From Candidatus Obscuribacteraceae bacterium (GTDB lineage Bacteria > Cyanobacteriota > Vampirovibrionia > Obscuribacterales > Obscuribacteraceae), in assembly GCA_044229845.1 (NCBI GenBank), contig JBGASG010000001.1, positions 576,001-640,000 of the forward strand: a stretch of 64,000 nucleotides of DNA, read 5' to 3'. Below the pieces are notes generated by a model, which saw only the letters and a list, made by a program, of their open reading frames with translations, ran no database searches and was not told the origin of the DNA. Of the stretch, positions 37,187-45,636 are shown piece after piece. The translations under genes and the position numbers were made by a program. The first letter of the stretch is position 1, and every line of letters starts with the position of its first letter.

Positions 37187-40100
37187 ATGAGTACAGGTAT
37201 CAATAACCCCGAGCGGTTGCCGGTCGAAGACGAGAAGCTCACGCTGCCCGCAGAGCCGGCCGGCGCTGACGGTCCGGCATGGCTTTCGAACCCGACTACA
37301 GGCAACATCGAGCTGGTGTCGCTCCAGTACGGTTCCGCCGAGATGGCGTCGTTGCGTGGACTGTACTACGGCGGCGATTTTCAGCTGCCCAAGTTCGATG
37401 CGCCGGCCAGGGTCAAAGACAACATTACTATCGGTCAAGACGGCAAAGTTACCATCGACTATCCGGCAGTTGCCGGAGAACCCCACAAGTCACGCACACT
37501 GGTCCCGGATGGCGCCGGCGGCTTCAAAGAAATAATCACCAAGACCGACGGCGAAGGCACCTCCCACCTGGTGAAGCGCGGCAACGAATGGTTCGCGTCC
37601 TTCCAGGGGATGGAATTCCCGATGAAGGGAGTCAAAGTCGACCCCAACACATACGAAGTATCGATCAAAAATCCGTCCGGACTCTGGCGCCGCGAAGGCA
37701 CGGACGGCTCCGTGCGTGACGATAAGGAGAACGCCGACGGGTCGCTGACCACCGTTGGACCGAACGGCGAAGTGCAGCGGATTACCAGAACCGACAACAG
37801 CACTATCGAGCAACGCGATGCCAACACGATCGTTGAGAGTGCGGGCGGCAAGTCGACGACATGGAAGAAACAAGGCAACGAATGGGTTTCGGATAACGGG
37901 CAGAAGCGCACCGACTTCAAACTCGATGCCAACGGACTGACCACCTACAAAAACGTCGGCGACGGTTTGACTTACCGCATCGCGGGCGATGGCAGCCAGG
38001 TCATCGAAGGCGAAGGGCGTTCGAAGATTACCCTCGATGCCCAGAATCGTGTGAAGAGCATTGAATGGCCGGATAGAAAGGAACGTCGCGAGTTCGAGTA
38101 CTTCGGCGAGAGCAAAGACATCAAAGTCGTGAAGAAGACCGACCTGCAGACCGGTACCACATATACCAACACCAGAGAGAATGCCCAATCTACTAAGTGG
38201 CATGTTGAAACCAACAACGGACAGCGCATCTCAGACTGGAACGGCAACGTGTCGGTTTTGCCCGGCGGAGCTTATTCGCGACAGTTTCTCGATGGACCGC
38301 ATGCCAAAGATGGTAAATGGTTGACCTGGTGGCCGGACGGCAAAGAAACTCATGACACGGTAGACGCGCAGGGAACCCGCACCTCTTACGATGCTCAAGG
38401 CAAGGTGCTCTTCAAGCAAGCAACCACCGGCGCCCGTACGGAATACGATGCCGCCGGCGGCATGGCTACGGTGAAGACCAACGACAATACGACGTTCGAA
38501 ATCAAAGCCGACAAAATCAAGATGGTCGACGGCGTCACCGGTGAAACCATCAACTTCACCAAGAGTGGTGATACATGGACGTCCGACTCCAAACGCTTCC
38601 CGGGCGCTCGCAAGAACCTGGCAGTCAGTGAACAGGGTACGCTGTCCTATACAAATGAAGCCGGTGAGCAAGTTTCGGAAAGACGCGACAATACTAAATC
38701 GATTCGACGCGGTGCACAGGTCTTCGAATATGGTGCTAAAGGCGATTTGCAATCGGTCACCTTCGGCGATACTACGCGCAAATTTGAGATCAAGAACGGT
38801 GTGCTGACGGCAACCGACACCAAAGCCGGACAGGAACCGAAAGTCGTATTCGATTCGTCGAAAGTCGGCGATCCCAAGTCTGTGCGCATCAACAAAGAGA
38901 CCGGTGACATCAGCTTCACCACCGATAAAGGCGCCACCGTTGTGCGCGGCAACGGTTTGACCATCGAACTGGATAAGTTCGGCAACCAAACTAAAGTCAC
39001 TCGTCCGGATGGCAGCTCTCGCGAATTTGCCTACGTCACTCAGAAAGAGAAGCCGGCTGCGGCAGGTAGCGATCCGTATTCCTATGACGGTTCTCCCGAA
39101 GGCGCCGACAAGCCTGCGCCGGAAGGCAAGGACGTTCAGGTTCTCGCCAAGATAATCGACCGGAACGCCAAAGGCGAGATCAAAGATGAATGGACTGCCA
39201 AGAGCGACGGCACCAGAGTCACCGGCGTGTTTGTCAACACACCGAAAGAAGGACAGAAACCGCGCGAACGCGAAAACATCGAGGTCTGCCAGGACGGCAA
39301 CTACAAATTCAACAAGCCTGGCGACAAGACCGAATACGCAGCACGCCTGGGTGGTGACGGCGCTCCCGGAATGTCGGCCGACATAGAAGAAGCTCGCGAA
39401 AATCTGCGAGATGTCCTGCGCGACAAACTCGACGAATCGCAACGCGTTCGCTTCGACGCCATGATGAAACAGTTCGAACAGCGCATGGCCGATCGCCTGG
39501 AAGCCCGTATGGCTGCCGGCATCACTGCGCCGGAAAAAATCCGTCAGGAAGTCGAGCAAGCCATCAAAGGGACTTACGACAACCTGGCCAAAATGGTATC
39601 GACTCCTTCAGATCCTGCTAAGCCTACTTTTATGGATCAAGCGACCCGTGTACGTCTGGCAGAAAACTTCATGCTCCATGCCATGGATCCGATGACCATG
39701 GATCAAGGACCGTCCGGACCCGGCGAAGAGGGCGGACACGGAACGTGCTGGATTCAGGGCGCCCACATCTGGGGCATGGTGCAGCATCCTGACGCCATGG
39801 CAGACCTTCTGCGTCAGGTATCGATCGACGGGCAGTACACCACTAAGAACAGTGGCGAAAACGATCCGGCTTCAAAGACAATCAGCTTCTCCAAAGAAAT
39901 GCTGGCGATCAGACAAGGCACACAAGAATCGCGCTGGACTGTCGATCGTGCCATGAAAGAGTGGGAAGAGTTGCCTGGCATGCGTCGCCAGATCTTGAGC
40001 GATCGCAGCCCGGTCGGATTCATCTTCGACAACGTGCTGCCGGTCATCGGCGGCAGACAAGAAAAACGCATCGATGGTGGCAATTTCGATACCATCAACG

Positions 40101-40822
40101 CAGTTCGCGGTTACAATTCGGACGGTTCCTACCGCACCGAAAAGATCACCGGCTCCGGCGACATCATGTACATGGTGACCGGCGACAAACCGGCGTCGTA
40201 TCACACCTGGAACCATCCGGACCACATTCAGGATCACCTGCTCAACGTCAATCCCGGCACCTCGCAAGAAGCGAAGAACGAAAACTTCCGCCGCACCTTG
40301 CTTGAGAAGGGCAGCATCCTGACGCACACGATGAACCACACTTCCTCCAGACAGATCATTAAGGTCAACGGCGAATGGTTGGCCGTACAAGATGATCAAC
40401 ACGGCGAAAACAGTGACTATGTAGTCGGCAAAGTGACTGACCTGGCTGCTTATGCCAAAGGTAGTGATGCCGCACTGCAACGCGCGCAAGGACAACAAGC
40501 CGTGCCCCGCGTAGTCATCCCGGGTGTCGTCAACGATGTCTCCGGCCCGGTCAACGCCAGTCAAGTTCGTTACTCGCCGACGCAACGCGGACAGCAGTGG
40601 GATCGCGCCGCCGGCGGATGCCCGGGACCGGGACCATGCCCGAGCCCGGATGGTGGCAGTGAAATCTCCGGCGGTTGCGACCGGGGCGGCTGCGGCGGTT
40701 GTGGTGGTGGCGGCTGCGGTGGTTGCGGCGGCGGTGGTGGCGGTTGCGGCGGAGGCTTCTCCGGTTTTCGTCCCATGCGCCCGCGCCTGTTAGGTCGTTT
40801 GTTCGGACGCCGTTGCCGCTAG
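37187..40822 (+). CDS. Large protein: beta-rich repeats, putative papain-like cysteine protease domain, Cys/Gly-rich tail
   Basis: ATG 37187 after AAAGGTGG; K.G..W...G..Y repeats; DQG...GTCW (39701-39751), later NH and DDQHG; (GGC)n tail. The ORF is solid, the function is inferred. Confidence 0.75.
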   Translation: MSTGINNPERLPVEDEKLTLPAEPAGADGPAWLSNPTTGNIELVSLQYGSAEMASLRGLYYGGDFQLPKFDAPARVKDNITIGQDGKVTIDYPAVAGEPHKSRTLVPDGAGGFKEIITKTDGEGTSHLVKRGNEWFASFQGMEFPMKGVKVDPNTYEVSIKNPSGLWRREGTDGSVRDDKENADGSLTTVGPNGEVQRITRTDNSTIEQRDANTIVESAGGKSTTWKKQGNEWVSDNGQKRTDFKLDANGLTTYKNVGDGLTYRIAGDGSQVIEGEGRSKITLDAQNRVKSIEWPDRKERREFEYFGESKDIKVVKKTDLQTGTTYTNTRENAQSTKWHVETNNGQRISDWNGNVSVLPGGAYSRQFLDGPHAKDGKWLTWWPDGKETHDTVDAQGTRTSYDAQGKVLFKQATTGARTEYDAAGGMATVKTNDNTTFEIKADKIKMVDGVTGETINFTKSGDTWTSDSKRFPGARKNLAVSEQGTLSYTNEAGEQVSERRDNTKSIRRGAQVFEYGAKGDLQSVTFGDTTRKFEIKNGVLTATDTKAGQEPKVVFDSSKVGDPKSVRINKETGDISFTTDKGATVVRGNGLTIELDKFGNQTKVTRPDGSSREFAYVTQKEKPAAAGSDPYSYDGSPEGADKPAPEGKDVQVLAKIIDRNAKGEIKDEWTAKSDGTRVTGVFVNTPKEGQKPRERENIEVCQDGNYKFNKPGDKTEYAARLGGDGAPGMSADIEEARENLRDVLRDKLDESQRVRFDAMMKQFEQRMADRLEARMAAGITAPEKIRQEVEQAIKGTYDNLAKMVSTPSDPAKPTFMDQATRVRLAENFMLHAMDPMTMDQGPSGPGEEGGHGTCWIQGAHIWGMVQHPDAMADLLRQVSIDGQYTTKNSGENDPASKTISFSKEMLAIRQGTQESRWTVDRAMKEWEELPGMRRQILSDRSPVGFIFDNVLPVIGGRQEKRIDGGNFDTINAVRGYNSDGSYRTEKITGSGDIMYMVTGDKPASYHTWNHPDHIQDHLLNVNPGTSQEAKNENFRRTLLEKGSILTHTMNHTSSRQIIKVNGEWLAVQDDQHGENSDYVVGKVTDLAAYAKGSDAALQRAQGQQAVPRVVIPGVVNDVSGPVNASQVRYSPTQRGQQWDRAAGGCPGPGPCPSPDGGSEISGGCDRGGCGGCGGGGCGGCGGGGGGCGGGFSGFRPMRPRLLGRLFGRRCR
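40601..40822 (+). repeat. Gly/Cys low-complexity coding repeat
   Basis: Encodes GGCDRGGCGGCGGGGCGGCGGGGGGCGGG using mixed GGC/GGT and TGC/TGT codons. Confidence 0.8.
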
Positions 40823-40903
40823 ACCTTCGATGCTGCAAAGCCTCAGAAAAGCACAATCCTCCAGCCTAACTCCCACTAACACCAGATAAATAGGAACAGA
40901 ACA

Positions 40904-41233
40904 ATGGCATCGCGAAAATCAACAAAGTATCTCGCCAAAGAAGTGGGTGAATTCGCCACCATCGTCGCTACTCCCAGCGACAACCAGATCGCGCCTCCGA
41001 AGCCGGTCGTCAAAGCCTTTCGTGAAGCGTTCGCCCGCGGTGGACTCGACGAAGTCGACAAACTGATCGATTCAATCAACAAGTGCCTCCTCGCTGATGG
41101 TGCTACTCTCGGGCTGGCCGACGGCTGTGCCAGCGAACTCGACGATGCCGGAAACCCTGCTTACTTATGCATCCGCTTCAAAGAATATGAAGCGCGCAAT
41201 CCATACTTTCAGCAATGGATTGAACTCAATTAA
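40904..41233 (+). CDS. Small hypothetical protein downstream of the large protein
   Basis: AGGA RBS, 109 aa, co-oriented, 81 bp gap. Confidence 0.7.
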   Translation: MASRKSTKYLAKEVGEFATIVATPSDNQIAPPKPVVKAFREAFARGGLDEVDKLIDSINKCLLADGATLGLADGCASELDDAGNPAYLCIRFKEYEARNPYFQQWIELN

Positions 41234-41381
41234 AAGGGTTTCCGGGGTGTCGATCCGGGCCTTGTGCAAATCAACAGAAGTGTTGATCGACCCTACTGAG
41301 ATTGAAAACGAAAAAGCACCCCCGCTCATTTGCTTCTACAGCGGATGCGATGCCGGATGCAAAATCGGGTGAACATGCGGC

Positions 41382-41415
41382 AAAGGAAAAGCCGCCGACT
41401 GAGTTGCCGGCGGCT
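41382..41415 (-). terminator. Intrinsic terminator of the S41 protease gene
   Basis: AGCCGCCG/CGGCGGCT stem followed on the minus strand by TTTCCTTT. Confidence 0.65.
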
Positions 41416-41455
41416 CCGTGAGTTTCTTCAGTGGGCTTGAGAGCCCTGCGGCTGA

Positions 41456-42949
41456 CTAGTTTTTGACCAGGCTGCCGTTGTTTGATACTACGCGTGGTGC
41501 TTGTTTGCGCAGTACTTCGATGGCGCGCTTGAGTTGCACATCTTTGCCGTCTTCCGGCGTGCGCTTCTCTTTCGGACCGCCCGGATCGTTCCACCAGGGA
41601 CCTTTGCCGGCTTCGTAGTCTTGCTCGGTAAGCTCGACTACGACATCAGGCGTGATGCCTTTCTTATTGATATCGGTGTCGCTCGGCGTCAGGTATTTGG
41701 CGATGGTGACGTTGACGCCGGAGCCATCTTCCAGTTTTGTGATGCCTTGCACGAGTCCCTTGCCGAAGCTGCGCTGTCCTACCAGCGTGGCCCGTCCATT
41801 GTCCTTCAAAGCACCGGAGGCGATTTCAGAAGCACTGGCACTGCCTTTGTTGATCAGGACGACCATCGGCTGTTCCGACAGTGGATGACCGTCGGACTTG
41901 GCTGAGGTCTTGTAACCGTCGCGGTCGACCGTGAAAACGATGTCGCGCTGAGGCGCCAGGAACATATTGGAGATCTCGATGGCGTTGGTGAGCAGTCCGC
42001 CCGGGTTGTCGCGCAGGTCGAGAATGATGCCCTTGGTGCCGGACAGATCCGTAAGTGCCTTCTTCATCTCTTCATTGGCTTGAGATGAAATGAAGCTGGT
42101 CAACCGAATGTAGCCGATGTCGCCGTCGACAACTTTGGCTGTCTGGATGGCGCTGATGTGAATCTCATCGCGGACCAGTTTGACCTTGATTCTCTCGGCG
42201 GGCTTTTCCGGAGCCTTGGCAGTTTTGTCTGTTTTGTCGGTGCTCTTCTCGCTGGTCTTCTCAGTCTTGTCCGGAGCGTTAGCTCCGCCGCGAACCAGAG
42301 TCAGTTCAACCGGAGAGCCTTTCGGTCCTTTAATTTGTTTGGCGGCATCCTCGACCGACAGACCTTTGGTTGGTTTGCCGTCGATTTCAGCGATCTCGTC
42401 GCCGGGGAGGAGCCCGGCACGAGAGGCGGGAGTACCGTCAATCGGTGCAATGACAATGACGCGCTGGCTCTTGTCCATGCCAATCTGGATGCCGACTCCG
42501 AAGAGTTGAGCATTGATTTGCGCCTTTTCGTCGTCGAACGCGTCCTTGTCCAGGAAGCGCGTGTAGCGGTCGCCGAGGCTGGCGAGCATGGTTTCGATGG
42601 CCTTGTGGGCATCGTCTTGGGTCTTTAACTTGCCTGCGTAGCGGTCTTTCCAGCGATTCCAGTTTTGACCGTGAAAGTCAGGTTCGTAGTAATCGGTGCG
42701 GATGATTTCCCAGACCTTCAGGTAGAGCCTTTCGGGAGAAACTGCCGACGGCCCGCCGAAGGGCGCGCGTTGGGCAATTTTGGTGCCGGGACCGATAGTG
42801 ATGGCTTCTGGCGACGCCGCCACAAAGCCGAACTCAGGGATGACATTGGTGCCGCCAAGCGTCGCGCAGAGGGCGACCGGGACAGCTAGAAAGAATTTCC
42901 ACCATGCATTTTTGGACATTTTTATCGAGCTTCCTGTTCGTAAAAACAA
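41456..42949 (-). CDS. S41 carboxyl-terminal processing protease (CtpA-like, PDZ)
   Basis: W..I...Y....F.GQNW N-domain, LGDRYTRFL, GVGI PDZ, IGYIRL, DLRDNPGGLL, SASASEI, FGKG. Confidence 0.92.
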   Translation of the reverse strand: MFLRTGSSIKMSKNAWWKFFLAVPVALCATLGGTNVIPEFGFVAASPEAITIGPGTKIAQRAPFGGPSAVSPERLYLKVWEIIRTDYYEPDFHGQNWNRWKDRYAGKLKTQDDAHKAIETMLASLGDRYTRFLDKDAFDDEKAQINAQLFGVGIQIGMDKSQRVIVIAPIDGTPASRAGLLPGDEIAEIDGKPTKGLSVEDAAKQIKGPKGSPVELTLVRGGANAPDKTEKTSEKSTDKTDKTAKAPEKPAERIKVKLVRDEIHISAIQTAKVVDGDIGYIRLTSFISSQANEEMKKALTDLSGTKGIILDLRDNPGGLLTNAIEISNMFLAPQRDIVFTVDRDGYKTSAKSDGHPLSEQPMVVLINKGSASASEIASGALKDNGRATLVGQRSFGKGLVQGITKLEDGSGVNVTIAKYLTPSDTDINKKGITPDVVVELTEQDYEAGKGPWWNDPGGPKEKRTPEDGKDVQLKRAIEVLRKQAPRVVSNNGSLVKN

Positions 42950-43184
42950 AGCAGAGCCGCGCTTTCGCGTGTTTAGCTCTTACAGCCATAATAACAACGG
43001 TATGAAAACCGCGCTTATCTCGCGTAGTGCGTACATCCTTTGTACCCATAACCCGTAATAATTAGACACTTTCGGGGTTTTGAGCAGTAACGTCCGCTAC
43101 CTCCTATAAAATAATGGTCCCGTTTTCGGCTCGATCGTGACAGCGGGTTTTTACTAAAGCCGGTTCCGTAAAAGGAGAAATTCA

Positions 43185-43994
43185 GTGGCGACTACAGGCA
43201 AGGAAGCTCTAATAGGCATTTTCGGCGGTTCAGGCTTTTACAAGCTGATCGAAGATGCCGAGACCAGATGGGTGGAGACGCCCTATGGAATGCCCAGTGA
43301 CAAAGTCGTGCTCGGCGAACTGGGTGGCAAGCGCGTCGCTTTCCTGCCGCGCCACGGCTCAGACCACCGGTATCCGCCGCACATGATCAACTACCGGGCG
43401 AACGTCTGGGCGATGAAATCCCTGGGTTGCGAGCGCGTCATTTTGCCGTGCGCTGCCGGCAGCCTGCAGAAGAACGTCAAACCCGGCGAATTTGTGGTTT
43501 GCGATCAATATGTAGATCGCACCGCCTCTCGCCCCCACACCTTTTATGACGGACCGGTAAGCACCCACGTCTCAGCTGCCGAGCCCTACTGCCCGGAGAT
43601 GCGGGAAGCGGCCATCAAGGCCGGCGAAGCAGCCGGCATCACCACACACAAAACCGGAACCGTTGTCGTCATAGAGGGACCACGTTTCAGCAGCAAATCG
43701 GAATCGCGCTGGTTTACTTCGATGGGCTGGGAAGTGATCAATATGACCCAGTACCCCGAGGTGCATCTGGTTAAAGAATTGGAGATGTGTCCGGTCAACA
43801 TTTCGCTGATCACTGATTACGATTCTGGATTGGTTGGGGATGTCGATCCGGTCTCGCACGCAGAAGTTGTCAAAGTGTTTACCGACAATCTTGCCAAATT
43901 GCAGAAGATGCTCGTCAAGTTGTTGGAGTTGGTGCCGGAGAAGCGCACCAAATGCACATGCGGAGAGGCTCTGGCTGGAGCCCGTTTCACTTAA
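43185..43994 (+). CDS. mtnP: S-methyl-5'-thioadenosine phosphorylase
   Basis: IGIFGGSG, TPYG.PS, FLPRHG, INYRAN, EGPRFS, VINMT, ITDYD; AAGGAG RBS. Confidence 0.92.
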   Translation: MATTGKEALIGIFGGSGFYKLIEDAETRWVETPYGMPSDKVVLGELGGKRVAFLPRHGSDHRYPPHMINYRANVWAMKSLGCERVILPCAAGSLQKNVKPGEFVVCDQYVDRTASRPHTFYDGPVSTHVSAAEPYCPEMREAAIKAGEAAGITTHKTGTVVVIEGPRFSSKSESRWFTSMGWEVINMTQYPEVHLVKELEMCPVNISLITDYDSGLVGDVDPVSHAEVVKVFTDNLAKLQKMLVKLLELVPEKRTKCTCGEALAGARFT

Positions 43995-44020
43995 AGCAAG
44001 CAAGTAGGTACGGCTGACTT

Positions 44021-44209
44021 ATGCAAATCAACACCAACCACGTTGTCTTTGTTCTGGCAATTCTGTTGGCGTTGAGTGTGTTTGTGCTTATGACTAAGTA
44101 TGGCATCCCCAGCAAGATTGCCTGGGGCAGTGCTATTCTGTGCATTCTGGTAGTTTCGATATTCTGGACAGCCGTCACGATCAACCTGGACGATGACGAC
44201 GAGGATTGA
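44021..44209 (+). CDS. 62-aa two-TM protein with acidic tail
   Basis: Two hydrophobic helices then DDDDED; within a co-oriented run. Confidence 0.6.
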   Translation: MQINTNHVVFVLAILLALSVFVLMTKYGIPSKIAWGSAILCILVVSIFWTAVTINLDDDDED

Positions 44210-44223
44210 AGGGCGGAGAGAGC

Positions 44224-45630
44224 ATGATGAACAAAAAGGGTCTGGTCAATCTGATTCTGGCGGCAACTTTCTTGCTGAGCAGTACCACCGGTGGTGCGCT
44301 GGCTCAACAGCTGCCCAAACCTCTGATTCCCGTCACTAAGGATTTCACGCTGCCCAATGGGCTGCGCGTCTTGCTTTCAGAAGATCACACCGTACCGGTT
44401 ACCTCGACTGTGCTCGTGTATGATGTCGGGTCGCAAAACGAGAAGAAAGGGCGTTCCGGATTTGCTCACTTATTTGAGCACATGATGTTTGAAGGATCAG
44501 AGAACGTCGGCAAGACTGAGCATTTCAAGTTTATTGAAAGCGCCGGCGGTTCAACCAATGCCTCCACGCATCCGGACTTTACCGACTATTACGACAAGGT
44601 GCCTTCCAACCAGGCTGAGCTGACGCTCTGGCTGGAGTCTGATCGCCTGCGGTCGCTCAAAGTCACGCCTGAAAACTTCAAAAACCAACTCGAGACAGTC
44701 AAAGAAGAAAAGCGTTCGCGCATCGACAACAAGCCGTACACGCCATCCATGCTCAAGCTGGATGAGATGATATATGACAACTGGAATAACGCGCACCCGA
44801 CGATCGGTTCCTTTGAAGATCTGGAATCTTCTTCAATCGAAGATGTGCGCAGTTTCTTCAAAACGTACTACGCGCCCAACAATGCGATTATTGCCATCGT
44901 CGGCGACTTCAACGCAGACGACATGCAAAAGAAAATCGAGAAGTACTTCTCGGATATCCCGCGTCAGCCAGAGCCGCCAAAGCCAGATCTTGCAGAGCCT
45001 GAACAAAAAGAGGCGAAGTATCTGAAGATGGAGGACAAGCACGCCAAGTCGCCTGCGTTCATGATGGGCTGGAAGGCACCGGCTCGCCGTGACCCGGATT
45101 ACTATCCGCTGGTGATGGTGGAGAAGATCCTTTCGGCCGGTGACTCCTCGCGCTTCTATCAACAGCTGGTTAAAGGCTCGCAGGTGGCGCTGGTTGCTAA
45201 TGCCGGAATTGATGAGCGGCGTGGACCCGGTGGATTCCAGGCGATCGTCATGTACAAGCCCGGCAATCAGGCGGAGAAAGTCCGCGAACTGGTGTGGGCT
45301 GAACTGGAGAAACTGCAAAAAGAACCGCCCAGCCAGCAAGAACTGGAAAAGGCTCGCAATCAGGTGTTGCGCGGATTCTTCGGATCCGGCTACAGCAGCT
45401 TGCAACGCAGTCTGGGGCGCGCTCAGCTCTTAGCCCAGTATGGACTCTTCTATGGCGATCCGAAAAAGCTCGACGAAGACCTGGATGCGGTGATGAAAGT
45501 GACGCCGCAAGATGTGCAGCGCGTGGCCAAGAAGGTGCTCACTCGGCAAGGTGTGAGTGTGATCGATATTGAACCGGTGACCGAGCCGACCAAAGAAAGC
45601 AAAGACACCAAAGACAGTGCCGGCAAGTAG
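44224..45630 (+). CDS. M16 peptidase, catalytic subunit (secreted)
   Basis: Signal peptide; GFAHLFEHMMF (HXXEH), NAST..DFTDY, WLESDR. Confidence 0.92.
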   Translation: MMNKKGLVNLILAATFLLSSTTGGALAQQLPKPLIPVTKDFTLPNGLRVLLSEDHTVPVTSTVLVYDVGSQNEKKGRSGFAHLFEHMMFEGSENVGKTEHFKFIESAGGSTNASTHPDFTDYYDKVPSNQAELTLWLESDRLRSLKVTPENFKNQLETVKEEKRSRIDNKPYTPSMLKLDEMIYDNWNNAHPTIGSFEDLESSSIEDVRSFFKTYYAPNNAIIAIVGDFNADDMQKKIEKYFSDIPRQPEPPKPDLAEPEQKEAKYLKMEDKHAKSPAFMMGWKAPARRDPDYYPLVMVEKILSAGDSSRFYQQLVKGSQVALVANAGIDERRGPGGFQAIVMYKPGNQAEKVRELVWAELEKLQKEPPSQQELEKARNQVLRGFFGSGYSSLQRSLGRAQLLAQYGLFYGDPKKLDEDLDAVMKVTPQDVQRVAKKVLTRQGVSVIDIEPVTEPTKESKDTKDSAGK

Positions 45631-45636
45631 GGAGAC

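Noticed and set aside
38231..39559. 442-aa antisense ORF, and similar ones such as 11018-11929, 18590-19438, 53354-54277 and 1920-2714
   Set aside because: They lie opposite well-supported genes, show no motifs, and are expected shadows of biased codon usage.
37187..40822. Calling the giant protein a canonical RHS toxin
   Set aside because: No PxxxxDPxG core motif and no PAAR/VgrG context; only loose YD-like dyads.
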